Shown here: positions 1 to 9,767 of the stretch, piece after piece
Numbering within the stretch: position 1 is the stretch's first letter
Layout of the letters: every line of letters begins with the position of its first letter
Assembly (NCBI GenBank): GCA_963699755.1
Contig: CAVOVB010000003.1
Coordinates: forward strand, 480,001 to 544,000
Origin: an uncultured delta proteobacterium
Lineage (GTDB): Bacteria > Myxococcota_A > Polyangia > Polyangiales > Houyiibacteriaceae
Direction: 5' to 3'
DNA: 64,000 nt
Made by a program: the position numbers and the translations under genes
The notes under the pieces: model-generated
Told to the model about the DNA's origin: nothing
Database searches by the model: none
What the model saw: the letters and a program-made list of their open reading frames with translations, nothing else

Positions 1-576
1 ATCGGCGTTTCGGCCGGGGCGCTTCCGGCGATTCAGTTTGCGATCCGTCACCCAAACCGCTGTTCGGCGCTTGTGGCGGTTGTTCCCGCCACCTACGTGC
101 CCGGCCGCGCGCCCGTCCGGCCGAACGCGCTGGGCGCGGCGATCATGGAATACGGGCTGCAATCGGATTTCCTGTTCTGGGCGGGCCTGCAGCTCGCCGA
201 GGACACGATGATCCGCACACTCTTGGCTACGGACCCGGCGCTTGTGCATCAGGCCGCCTCCGCTGAGCAGGACCGGGCACGCTCCATTCTGCACGACATC
301 CTGCCGGTAAGTATGCGAAGCAAGGGCCTCCTGAACGATGCCCAACTGGCGGGAACCCCGGCGCCGATGGATCTGGCGGCGATCACCGTGCCCACGCTGG
401 CGATTTCGCTGCAGGACGACCGGTTCGGCACCTATTCCGCTGCCCGCCATATCGCGGCGTCCGTGACTGGCGCGAAGTTTGTGAGCTACCCAGTTGGCGG
501 CCACGTCTTCGTCGGCCACGGACCGGAGCTCTTTGAGGAGATCAGCGCATTCCTGTCCGGGGTTCAGGGCAGTTGA
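1..576 (+). CDS. alpha/beta-fold hydrolase (5' truncated by window edge)
   Basis: Frame +1 is open from base 1: IGVSAGA nucleophile elbow (G-x-S-x-G), 'LAAITVPTLAISLQDD' acid region, C-terminal 'GGH' His motif. Confidence 0.8.
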   Translation: MGVSAGALPAIQFAIRHPNRCSALVAVVPATYVPGRAPVRPNALGAAIMEYGLQSDFLFWAGLQLAEDTMIRTLLATDPALVHQAASAEQDRARSILHDILPVSMRSKGLLNDAQLAGTPAPMDLAAITVPTLAISLQDDRFGTYSAARHIAASVTGAKFVSYPVGGHVFVGHGPELFEEISAFLSGVQGS

Positions 577-612
577 GTTGGGTCAGGCTCCTGTGGAATT
601 ATTCGGCCGCTC

Positions 613-1363
613 ATGACACCGAGACCCTCACTCGCCGAGCTTTGGGAGTCGACCACGCCGAGTCGCCACACATTCGACCCCAACGGCCTCGCCGGCTTGC
701 CGGTGGCTGCGCAGCGTTTCCTGCGTCATGCCATTTCCCCCGGGGAGCCCTCTGGCGACGGCCGTGCGGCTCGACATGCACGGCGAGATCAAGCTCAGGC
801 GATGGCTGCCGTTCAAGGCAGAAGAGATCATCCACCGGGAGCGCGGCATGATTTGGACGGCTACCGTTCGGAGCACCGGCTTGCTGTCCATCCACGGCTA
901 CGACCGCTTCGTCGACGGCCAGGGCGCGATGTGTTGGAAGCTCCTGAAGATGATTCAAGTCATGCGTGCCTCTGGTCCTGACATCACTCGATCGGCGGCG
1001 GGACGATTCGCAGCGGAGCTGATCTGGTTGCCTTCCGCGCTCGCTCGCAGCGGCTTGTCTTGGTCTGACGAAGGATCCAACGAGGCGGTGGCGCGTATCA
1101 GCCTCCGACCTGAGGACATTGAGCTTCACTTGCACGTCGATGCCACGGGCGAACTTCAACGCGTCCAGCTCTCTAGGTGGGGCAATCCCGACGAAGCAGA
1201 GTATCGCCACGTCAGCTTTGGGGCCATCGTCGAGGAGCGGGGTACCTTCTCAGGTGTTACCATTCCGACCCGGATGCGGGTCGGCTGGTACTTCGGGACG
1301 GAACGGTTCGAGTCGGAGGGCGAGTTCTTCCGAGTCACGATTGACCACGCGACCTGGCGATAG
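613..1363 (+). pseudogene. DUF6544-like protein split by a +1 frameshift near 737-745
   Basis: N-terminus (LAGLPVAAQRFLRHAISPG) is in the 613 frame and the remainder (SPLATAVRLDMHGEIKL...GVTIPTRMRVGW) is in the 728 frame; the junction is CCCCCGGGG. A sequencing indel cannot be excluded. Confidence 0.65.
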
Positions 1364-1433
1364 CGCACCCCTGAATCCTCACACGACATGCACTCGACCT
1401 GCTTGCGCTCATTCAGCTTCCGAATTGCATGGT

Positions 1434-1461
1434 TCAACCGCCCCGGCTTCACCGGAGGCTC
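1434..1461 (+). mobile_element. solo IS3-family (IS51/IS6110-like) terminal inverted repeat remnant
   Basis: TCAACCGCCCCGGCTTCACCGGAGGCTC matches the IS6110 terminal IR as recalled (TGAACCGCCCCGGCATGTCCGGAGACTC) at 23/28 positions; no transposase adjacent. Confidence 0.55.
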
Positions 1462-1496
1462 TATCTGCTCGGCGACCTGCCACCAAGCTATATCGC

Positions 1497-2423
1497 TCAG
1501 ATCGTGATGACGACCTTGCCTTTGGAGTGCCCGGCGCCCACGTATCTGATGGCTTCCGCCGTTTCGCTCAGCGGATAGCGTCGATCGATCGTGGTTGCGA
1601 CCTGGCCGGCTTCGGTGAGCTCGATGATGGTGAGCAGGTCCTGCCGGTTGGGTTTCACGGTCAACATTCCGATGCTCTTGCTGCTTGTGCCGGAGACCCA
1701 TCCTCCAAAGAGCAGCGTCCGCGCGATCTGAGGGACGGACCCTCCGGCCGCCAGATAAGTTCCCCCGTCGCTCAGCGCGCGCTTCCAGGTGTACACCGAG
1801 CGGACTCCCACCACGTCGAGAATCAGGTCGTAACGCCCTCCGCGCTGGGCGAAATCCTCCTGCGTGTAGTCGACGACGTGGTCGGCACCCAGCGCGCGCA
1901 TCCAGTCGAGCTTCTCCGTCTTGTCCACGCCCGTCACTTCCGCTCCGAGTGACTTGGCGAGCTGCACCGCGAAGGAGCCTGCTCCGCCCCCCGCACCGTT
2001 GATGAGAACCTTCTGACCGGACTTCAGCCGCCCTTTGTCGCGGAGCGCCTGAACGGCGATGAAACCCGATTCCGGCAAGCTCGCAGCTTCCTCGAACGTC
2101 AGCCACGCAGGCTTGCGGACCAGCGGTGCGCGCTGCGGTACGCAAACGTACTCGGCGAAGGCGCCCAAACCACACTCGAGAATGTCTCCGAAGACCTCGT
2201 CGTCCATTTCAAACTCCGTGACCTTCCGGCCGACCGCTTCAATTCGTCCTGCAAGGTTGCAACCGAGGATCCGAACCTTGGGTCTCAGGAGCCCAAAATC
2301 GACGAGCCGGACCCAGGCCGGCTTGCCTCGCAGGATTTCCGTGTCGCCTTTGTTGACCGAGGCCGCACGCACCCTCACCAACACTTCATCCTCTGCTGGT
2401 GTCGGTCTCGGGATTTCCTCCAC
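1497..2423 (-). CDS. NAD(P)-dependent MDR-family (quinone oxidoreductase / alcohol dehydrogenase-like) protein; 5' end uncertain
   Basis: 'VLVRVRAASVN', 'VLINGAGGGAGSFAVQLAK', 'GADHVVDY', 'GHSKGKVVI'; homologous-looking codons (VVRDEYGSPDVL) continue upstream to ~2462 with no in-frame ATG/GTG/TTG. Confidence 0.85.
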   Translation of the reverse strand: MEEIPRPTPAEDEVLVRVRAASVNKGDTEILRGKPAWVRLVDFGLLRPKVRILGCNLAGRIEAVGRKVTEFEMDDEVFGDILECGLGAFAEYVCVPQRAPLVRKPAWLTFEEAASLPESGFIAVQALRDKGRLKSGQKVLINGAGGGAGSFAVQLAKSLGAEVTGVDKTEKLDWMRALGADHVVDYTQEDFAQRGGRYDLILDVVGVRSVYTWKRALSDGGTYLAAGGSVPQIARTLLFGGWVSGTSSKSIGMLTVKPNRQDLLTIIELTEAGQVATTIDRRYPLSETAEAIRYVGAGHSKGKVVITI

Positions 2424-2714
2424 CCGTAGAACGTCGGGCGATCCATACTCGTCGCGGACAACACGCTCACCCGCGACGCGCTTCAGATGACATTCATTCC
2501 AGCGGCCGATGCCGCCGTAGCAATGGCACGCAGCCTCATCGAACTGAAGGTCGTGTAGCGCCCTTCAGGCTGTCGCCCTCACTCGACGAAGTGCGTTACA
2601 GTCACGCAGGAGGACAACCGAGGTATTCCGACTTCGCATCCTTGGGGTCACCAGGATCAGAGTCCCCGCCTTGGCCGAGCTTCTTCTTTGCGGGATCTCT
2701 TTTGGGGGTGCGAG

Positions 2715-4202
2715 TCAAACCCGGGCGCGGAGGGCTGCCTCGAGCGCGTCGCACACGGTCTCGAACACCTGAATGCGAGCGCTGCGTTTGTCGTTGGCGG
2801 GAACCAAATGCCACGGTGCCAAATCGGTGCTGGTGCGCGCCACCATCTCCTCCACGGCCGCTTCGTACTGGGGCCACTTCTCGCGATTGCGATGGTCTTC
2901 GGGCGTGAGCTTGTACCGTTTGAAGGGCGTCTGCGCGCGGGCCGAGAAGCGCTCGAGCTGGGTCTCCGGATCGATGTGCATCCAGAACTTGAGGACCGGC
3001 ATGCCGTGCTCTACGAGCTGCTCCTCGAAGTCGTTGATCTCCGCGTAGGCGCGGCGCCACTCGTGCTCCTGCGCCAAGCGCTCGACGCGCTCCACCAGCA
3101 CCCGCCCGTACCAGCTCCGGTCGCAGATCAGCATGCGCCCCGCCGCGGGCAGCCGCCGCCAGAAGCGCCACAGATAGTGGTGCGCCAGCTCCTCGGACGT
3201 CGGCGCGGCCACCGGCATCACCCGATAGTCCTGCACGTCCATGGCGCGGGTCATCCGCCGGATCACGCCTCCCTTGCCGGAGGCGTCCCAACCTTCGAAG
3301 AGCACGGCGCTCCCCACGCCGTGCTCGCGGCAGCGACGGCTGAGCTCCCACAGCCGGCCCTGGAGCTCGCGCAATCGTTCCTTGTATTCCTCGGGCGGTA
3401 GCTCGGAGCCGAGATCGAGGGAAGCGAGGACTCCTGCGTGATTCCGCTGCTTGCCCTGGGCCAGCTCGCCCGTCGCCACCGGGGGTAGCCAAGACGGTTC
3501 GGCGAGGCGCGCGACCAGCGCGTCGCGGATGACGCGAGCGACGACGAGGTTGCGGTGGCGCGCATCGCTGCTCTCCACCAAGTGCCAGGGCGAGGCCGCC
3601 GTGCTGGTCCGCCGCAACAGGGCTTCGATGAGGGGCTTGGCCTCGTCGTAGCGCTCATAGAGCTCTAGATCGATGTCGTCGAGCCGCACGCTATTCGGCG
3701 ACTTCCTGGCCTTCGCCAGTCGCTTGCGGCGCTTGTCCGGTGGCAGATGCAGCCAAATCTTGAGCAGCAGCACGCCGTCGTCTACGAGCGTCTGTTCGAT
3801 ACGGCGCGCATGCTCCAGGCGCTGCGCCGCCTCCTCAGCGTCGCTCTCGCAGGTGAGTCGGTCGGCCAGCAGGCCGAGGCCGTAGCCGCCGGCAAACACA
3901 CCGATTTCGCCCCGCGCCGGCAGGACCTGCCAGTATCGCCAAAAGCGAGGGTAGTGGCGTTCGTACACCCTGCGTCGGCCGAAGAAATGAGCGTCCAAGT
4001 AGCGCGCGTCCATCCACTGGTGCAGGAGGTTCAGCACCTCCCTCAAGGCCTCGCGGTCGTCCCCCGAGAGCACGATCATCACGGGGACATCGCTCGTGCG
4101 CAGCTCGAACTGGGCGTTCAGCAGATCGACCCGCAGCCGCGGCAGGGACTCCTCGTACTCCTCCTTGGAGACCTTCGCTCCCACCTCTGCGACTTCTAGC
4201 AT
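2715..4202 (-). CDS. pap: polyphosphate:AMP phosphotransferase (tandem PPK2 domains)
   Basis: Two PPK2 domains; C-terminal one has FEGWDASGKGG, 'HHYLWRFWRRLP', 'DRSWYGRVLVERV', 'APWHLVPANDKR'; N-terminal domain degenerate. Confidence 0.9.
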   Translation of the reverse strand: MLEVAEVGAKVSKEEYEESLPRLRVDLLNAQFELRTSDVPVMIVLSGDDREALREVLNLLHQWMDARYLDAHFFGRRRVYERHYPRFWRYWQVLPARGEIGVFAGGYGLGLLADRLTCESDAEEAAQRLEHARRIEQTLVDDGVLLLKIWLHLPPDKRRKRLAKARKSPNSVRLDDIDLELYERYDEAKPLIEALLRRTSTAASPWHLVESSDARHRNLVVARVIRDALVARLAEPSWLPPVATGELAQGKQRNHAGVLASLDLGSELPPEEYKERLRELQGRLWELSRRCREHGVGSAVLFEGWDASGKGGVIRRMTRAMDVQDYRVMPVAAPTSEELAHHYLWRFWRRLPAAGRMLICDRSWYGRVLVERVERLAQEHEWRRAYAEINDFEEQLVEHGMPVLKFWMHIDPETQLERFSARAQTPFKRYKLTPEDHRNREKWPQYEAAVEEMVARTSTDLAPWHLVPANDKRSARIQVFETVCDALEAALRARV

Positions 4203-4272
4203 TGCGTTGCGAGCATACACCGAGGTCGCGGCCGGGGTCACCACCGTGAGAGCCTGGGTCAGGTCTTTGTTG

Positions 4273-5874
4273 CTATTCGGTGACGAGCGGCGTGCAACCG
4301 ACGATGCCCAGGTCGCTAGCCGCGTTCTCGTAGCTCAGTAGCCTCCGATCATCTGTCTGGAGCGGGGCATCATAGCCTTCGGCGGACAAGCCCCGTATGT
4401 CGAAGGTGTCGGGGGCATCCCAGTCGGTGCACCAGACCCCATCCGCCTCCAAGAGAGCACTCGTGAATCCACTTTCGCGATCGCCGAGATCGTAGAGAGC
4501 GCCTAGGTCATCCTCTGAGGCTCCGAGTAGACTCGCCACTCCCGTCGTGAAGCCACCGATCCCGTCGCGCCGATTGACCAGCACGATACGACGACAGCCG
4601 ATCGCTCGGAGGACTTGCGCGGGTACCGGATCGGTCCATCCGCCCGCGGATACGCGTCCGTCCGGAAGCCGTACTGCGCGCGAGAGCCCTGGTTCGGCAG
4701 GGGAGCGCGTCAAGATGTCGCGCCATCGTGCGCTGCCGAGCCTGGAGAACTTTGCGCTCTTGGCGTCGGTAAATCTAAATCCGAGAACCAGCTCTGCGAT
4801 GAGCAGATCGATCGACCTTCCCCAATAGCCGAAGCGCACGTCGTTGAAGTCGACGTCGAACGTGATTGGTAGCGCCGCGAAGTAGTTCTCGAGTGCGGTT
4901 TCGAACACCGGAACAGCGTCGCCCTGCAAGACCGAGGTCGTGACGAGCGATCGCATGTATCGACCGATGGGATCGTCGAGTCGGGATCGGTCGCCATCAG
5001 TGCGAGCCGCGCGAAATCGTTCGAACAGCTCCGAGAAAAGCTCGCCGCACGTACTATTCCCAGCGGGTAGGTCCGCAATCTCAGGCCAATCGACGCCGAG
5101 TCCGGCCATCGCGCAGTCGGAGAAAAACGCCTCAAAACCCGACCGATCGAAAGGCGCATACCCGGCGTAGAAGCTGGCGAGTCGATCGACAAGCTCGACG
5201 AAGGCCTCGAAATTGATCAGTCCGGGTCGAACGAAGACGGTCGGATCATCGACCTCGAAGCTGGCCGCGGCGGCAAGGCTGTTGGCGAGATCGGTCGCGT
5301 GAAAGACAGGGTCCGGTGAATTGAGCAAAAGCTCGAAGATCTCCGGATTGATGATCTGCTGCAGCGCGGGATCGCCGAGAATGTCGAGGAGCGCCTCCAC
5401 GCCGGCGAAGGGGTCGGGGCCCTGAAGAAGTGCAAGCACACCCTCCTCTTGAACACCGGCAATCACGTCTGCAAGCGTGATGAAGTCCTCGATGAGCCCT
5501 GCCTCCTGGAGCCCTTGAAGAGACTTGAGGAGCAGGGCGATGCGCGCGCGAGACTCGAGCGGAGCGCACCGCTCGTGGCCACATTGCCTCACGAGTGGAT
5601 TGGCTTGAATGCTTTCAGTCACGAAAATCGTGATGCTGCCGGAGCTTCCACCGGCTGCGGCCGCGATCGGTCCGAACTCTTCGACGATTCGTGCGAGCGA
5701 AGTGAAGTGAGCCCAAAGCCTCGGCCCGTTTCCTCGAATGCCGGCGCAGACCGGGGTCGATGGTCCGAAACCGGACGAAAAGCCGCTCTGTTGGGCTTGC
5801 ACCGCCGGCGCAGCGACGTGGAAGAGCAAAACCGAGGCACCGACGGCTGAAAGGATGGACTTGCACCGAAGCAT
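4273..5874 (-). CDS. secreted protein, possible divergent patatin-like lipase
   Basis: Signal peptide ending AVQA, GAGGAG RBS upstream of ATG 5874; 'GIRGNG' and 'AGGSSGSIT' (G-x-S-x-G) near the N-terminus. Confidence 0.6.
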   Translation of the reverse strand: MLRCKSILSAVGASVLLFHVAAPAVQAQQSGFSSGFGPSTPVCAGIRGNGPRLWAHFTSLARIVEEFGPIAAAAGGSSGSITIFVTESIQANPLVRQCGHERCAPLESRARIALLLKSLQGLQEAGLIEDFITLADVIAGVQEEGVLALLQGPDPFAGVEALLDILGDPALQQIINPEIFELLLNSPDPVFHATDLANSLAAAASFEVDDPTVFVRPGLINFEAFVELVDRLASFYAGYAPFDRSGFEAFFSDCAMAGLGVDWPEIADLPAGNSTCGELFSELFERFRAARTDGDRSRLDDPIGRYMRSLVTTSVLQGDAVPVFETALENYFAALPITFDVDFNDVRFGYWGRSIDLLIAELVLGFRFTDAKSAKFSRLGSARWRDILTRSPAEPGLSRAVRLPDGRVSAGGWTDPVPAQVLRAIGCRRIVLVNRRDGIGGFTTGVASLLGASEDDLGALYDLGDRESGFTSALLEADGVWCTDWDAPDTFDIRGLSAEGYDAPLQTDDRRLLSYENAASDLGIVGCTPLVTE

Positions 5875-5966
5875 GGAGGAGCTCCTCGATGGGAAGGGCG
5901 GAAACGGAGGATGTCGAAACTCGGAGGCTACTCGAAGCGGTCCTGTCATGGCAACGCCTCTTCGCT

Positions 5967-6707
5967 TCACCTTGTCCAGCCGCACCCCCGAGCGAAGTAG
6001 TCCCATCCTGCATCCTCTTGTGCCTGAAACCAAGACGGCCAGAAGTCCCGGGTTCGTCTGACGAAGTCGGCGATTTCGGGGTCTTCGCTCGCGGCGCGCT
6101 GCATCGCCTCGGAGTCGATGTCGATGAGTCCGGTGGCATTGCCCAGACCCGGAAGCTTCGTCGACAAGCGGGGGACGTTGGCACCTTCGGCCCAGCGATC
6201 GCTTGGATCGGAGGTAGGCAACAGTCCTGGTTGGTCGGACCATGCCTCGATGAATGTCATCTCGCCCTGGTCGTTGAACACGAACTCCTCATAGATTGGG
6301 CAGGAGCCAGCTTCGTACTCGAAGGAGACGTAGCAGCGGGCGAAAGGTTGCACGGAGAACGCGCGGCAATCACGCGTGGGGACCGTCGAGGGATCGAAAA
6401 AGAGCGCGATCTCCGTCGTTTCGACCATGTTGTCTCGACCGTACCCCGTCAGCAAGAGCCAGGGCGGCAACTCCCACCTTGCGACGAGCGTCGAATAGTT
6501 GGGAACACCGTTCGGATCGGCACTCGTGTCGAGAGTGTCGAAGTACTTGTTGGCCTGCTGGACGTAGTACTCGGGCGGCTGCTGCGGCCTCAGGGCAGTC
6601 GCCAGCGCATCGGACGAGCGCTCCGAGGACGAGTCCGACCCGCAGGCCATGGCAACCATCGCGAGGATGGTGACCGCAATCGAAAGTGAGATTGGTCGCA
6701 CCGTCAT
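5967..6707 (-). CDS. hypothetical lipoprotein
   Basis: Hydrophobic leader with lipobox AMAC followed by GSDSSS linker; protein-like composition. Confidence 0.7.
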   Translation of the reverse strand: MTVRPISLSIAVTILAMVAMACGSDSSSERSSDALATALRPQQPPEYYVQQANKYFDTLDTSADPNGVPNYSTLVARWELPPWLLLTGYGRDNMVETTEIALFFDPSTVPTRDCRAFSVQPFARCYVSFEYEAGSCPIYEEFVFNDQGEMTFIEAWSDQPGLLPTSDPSDRWAEGANVPRLSTKLPGLGNATGLIDIDSEAMQRAASEDPEIADFVRRTRDFWPSWFQAQEDAGWDYFARGCGWTR

Positions 6708-6884
6708 CGTCCGTTTCCTTCGAACCGTCGCGAACCCGCAGCCCTTGAATCGGTGGCGCCAACCTTACCGAATGGTCTCCGCGCACGCCAGCTGCGGCCA
6801 CGATGTGACCGCGCCGCTTTTCTTGGCGCCTCCGTCGGGGACCGATAACCCCGCCTTGGTATGACTAGGGGGCCGGACAGAGCG

Positions 6885-8164
6885 ATGCGCTTGATGGCTG
6901 TTGCCGTTGTCTCGGTGGGCGCGGTGTTTTTCTGCGCACCCCATTGAGGGGGCGCTCAGGCCGCGCAGCTTGGCAAGCCCTCGGTGGACGGTGTCGAGCC
7001 CAAAACGGAGTTGGTCGACGAGCCGCCGCCCGCGGACCCCACGGATCTCTGTGATGAGGGCGTGCCCGACGAGGCAGCCCAGGCGGAGGAAGGCGTCGCC
7101 GAGGTCGAAAAAAGCAATGGAGGACGTGGAGGAGGAACCCGAAGAGGACCTCCCCGCGGAGTTCACCATCAAGTTTGGCGACACCTACGACTGGATTCGA
7201 CTGACCTCGCGCGAGTGGCTCAAGGCCGAGCTGCACTGGATGCGGGACAAGGACATCGAATTCGACAGCGACAAGCTCGATCTCCTGAATTTCGCATGGA
7301 GCAAGGTCAGCCGGTTTCATTCCCCTCCGATCAACACCTATGTCTTCGAAGGGAAGATCGATGTCGTAGGGCGGGCCGTCATCACGAAGGACAAGGTCAT
7401 CATCGAGATGGCGGACGGCGTCGTGAGCTACCCGAGCGATCAACTCCTGGTGATTCTCGAAGGGGCGAAGAGAGAGCGCAACTGGTAGTCGACTCGGCTG
7501 TTGGCCGGCTTCAGCGGAAATTCAGGTAACATGAATCAGCCCCAGTTGAACCTGCACTGGGATCTGGCGCGCACCGAGCTGCGCACGCGCTCGCAGCGGA
7601 GTTACGACGGGAGCTTTGCGTACGCCAACGGATCTCAGAACGTGAATCGCCACCTCGGAAGCGCTGACGTGACGGTCTACTACTCGCGGCGATTGCTTTT
7701 TTTTCACCGCGAGGGTCGAGTTTCTCAACGACCGGTTTCAAAACCTCGAGCTTCGTGCAACGCCGGCGGCCGGCGTCGGTGTTCACCTCTTTGATACGAA
7801 GAAGGTCGAATGGGATTTGGGAGGGGCGCTTGGCTACCAGTACACTCGATTCTTGAGCACCGCGGCGGGCTTGGAGAATCCAAGAAATGACTGGTTCATT
7901 GGCTTTCGGACCTACGCGGATATCGACTTCACTGACGACGTCGAGCTCATCATGGAGTGGACCAGCAACGTGGTTTATACCAAGATCGGGCTTACCAACC
8001 ACGTCGGTAGCACGAAGTTCAGCGTCGAGATCACCGACATCTTCGACCTCGAAATGACATTCAAGTTCTTCCGAACCGAACGACCGCCACCGCGAGCCGA
8101 TGGCACAGTCCCCAAAAGAAACGACTACCAGCTAATCGTCGGCCTCGCCCTCGAGATCGGCTAG
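6885..8164 (+). pseudogene. DUF481/YdiY-like outer-membrane beta-barrel protein, four lesions
   Basis: One reading can be rebuilt across in-frame TGA 6945-6947, +1 shift in A6 7108-7113, in-frame TAG 7486-7488 and +1 shift in T8 7697-7704; motifs 'DWIRLTSREWLK', 'NDRFQNLELR', C-terminal strand 'DYQLIVGLALEI'. Confidence 0.75.
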
Positions 8165-8173
8165 ACTTCCCCC

Positions 8174-8779
8174 GTGCCGGGCCGAATGCTCCCTCGCCAG
8201 TTCTATGCACGCGACGCCCTCGACGTCGCACGCGATCTCCTCGGCCAAGAGCTCTGGCACGAGGGCGTCGGTCTCCGCATCACCGAGGTCGAGGCCTATC
8301 GCTACCCCGATGACAGCGCCAATCACTGCCGGGCAGGCCTCACGGAGCGGAATGCGCCTATGTGGGGTCCGCCGGGGCACGCTTACGTGTATTTGTGTTA
8401 CGGCATTCATCAGATGCTGAATCTCGTAACCAATTGCGTCGGGGAGGGCGCCGCCGTTTTGATCCGCTCCTGCGAGCCCATCGCGGGGCAGCGCACGATT
8501 CGACGCCGTCGCGGTGGCAAGGACGGCCCGGTGCTGCTTACCGGGCCAGGCAAGGTCGGTCAGGCCTTGGGCCTCGACGCGAGCTTCAGTGGCCAGCCTC
8601 TCTATCGCCGCGGCGGGCTCGAAGTGCGGGAAGGCGAGCGCGCAACTGAGATCATCGTCGGCTCGCGGATCGGCATCGGCTACGCAGAGCCCGAGCATCA
8701 GCGCGCCGAGTGGCGTTTGGCGATCGCGGGCTCGCCCTGGGTGAGCCATGCGCGTGACCTTCGAGGCGCGCCGCGATGA
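8174..8779 (+). CDS. mpg: DNA-3-methyladenine glycosylase (AAG/MPG family)
   Basis: 'RITEVEAY', 'PGHAYVYLCYGIHQMLN', 'AAVLIRS', 'GPGKVGQALG', 'RIGI'. Confidence 0.92.
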   Translation: MPGRMLPRQFYARDALDVARDLLGQELWHEGVGLRITEVEAYRYPDDSANHCRAGLTERNAPMWGPPGHAYVYLCYGIHQMLNLVTNCVGEGAAVLIRSCEPIAGQRTIRRRRGGKDGPVLLTGPGKVGQALGLDASFSGQPLYRRGGLEVREGERATEIIVGSRIGIGYAEPEHQRAEWRLAIAGSPWVSHARDLRGAPR

Positions 8780-9177
8780 GCCCGCTGACCACCAGCTCGA
8801 GCGCAGAAACCAGCGGCATCTTGGTCGAGGTGCAGAGCTTCTACCTCGAAGAACGGTCCCACCCAGCGCAGCGACGCTTCGTCTTCGCCTACACCATCAC
8901 GATCACCAACAACGGGCGCGACACCGTCCAGCTTCGAACGCGCCACTGGATCATCAGCGATGGCCACGGCGATATAGATGAGGTGAAAGGCCCCGGCGTC
9001 GTGGGTGAGCAGCCGGTGCTCAGGCCGGGGGAAAGCTTCCGCTACAGCAGCGGCGCGGTGCTACCCACCGAGCGAGGCACGATGCACGGCACCTATCAGA
9101 TGTATCGCGCGAACGGCTCTCAATTCGACGCCGAGATCGCACCCTTCCTTCTAGAGCGGCCGTACTCGCTGAACTAG
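8776..9177 (+). CDS. apaG: ApaG protein
   Basis: 'FAYTITITN', 'QLRTRHWII', 'GPGVVGEQPVL', 'GTMHGTYQM'; ATGA overlap with mpg. Confidence 0.95.
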   Translation: MSPLTTSSSAETSGILVEVQSFYLEERSHPAQRRFVFAYTITITNNGRDTVQLRTRHWIISDGHGDIDEVKGPGVVGEQPVLRPGESFRYSSGAVLPTERGTMHGTYQMYRANGSQFDAEIAPFLLERPYSLN

Positions 9178-9674
9178 TTGCCGCTATCCCAGGCGGTTTT
9201 GATCGCCTTGTAGGTTTCGATGCCGCTTGGGCTGAGGTCTAGGGCGCCTTCGCCGATCAGGTGTTGATGGATGTCCTTCGGATCGGTCTTCCAACCTTTG
9301 GGCACCTCGAGCTTCACGTTCACCGGGACGCCGCCGAGGAGGCCTTGCTCCTCCATCGTCCAGAGCGCCTCGGCCGCGAGGAACTGCCCGGCGATTTTTC
9401 GGAACTCAGGTTTGAGATGGCTCGCCAGAGGGAAGACGTCGTAAAGACCTACCGCGTCCCCGGGCACGGCAAGCGGCTGGCGGAGAGCCTTGAACACCGG
9501 CGCGGCAATTGGAAGCTCGACCAGCTCGAGCCCCGCGATTTCTTGACCCCGACTTGCGTTCAACGAACGTTCGTAGGCGTCCCCGTGGCTGCGGCTGATT
9601 TCGGCAGGGCGTGCCGAGCTGTCTAGAAGCACCGTAATCACGAGATACGGGCGTGGGTCTCGCTCATCGTTCAT
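9174..9674 (-). CDS. hypothetical protein
   Basis: 166-aa globular-looking ORF from ATG 9674 (MNDERDPRPYLVITVLL); the longer extension overlaps the Sua5-family gene and was dropped. Confidence 0.7.
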   Translation of the reverse strand: MNDERDPRPYLVITVLLDSSARPAEISRSHGDAYERSLNASRGQEIAGLELVELPIAAPVFKALRQPLAVPGDAVGLYDVFPLASHLKPEFRKIAGQFLAAEALWTMEEQGLLGGVPVNVKLEVPKGWKTDPKDIHQHLIGEGALDLSPSGIETYKAIKTAWDSGN

Positions 9675-9767
9675 TGGCGGGCGACTAGTTAGCGCATTTG
9701 CGACGGCTTGGGTAGTGCTCGTCGCCTTGACCCCTGCTCGGCCCGTCGCTACCTGGAGCGGCGCCAG

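Noticed and set aside
6945..7488. Stop-codon recoding (Sec/Pyl or alternative genetic code) at the in-frame TGA and TAG
   Set aside because: The same gene also has two frameshifts, and TGA/TAG terminate normal genes throughout the window
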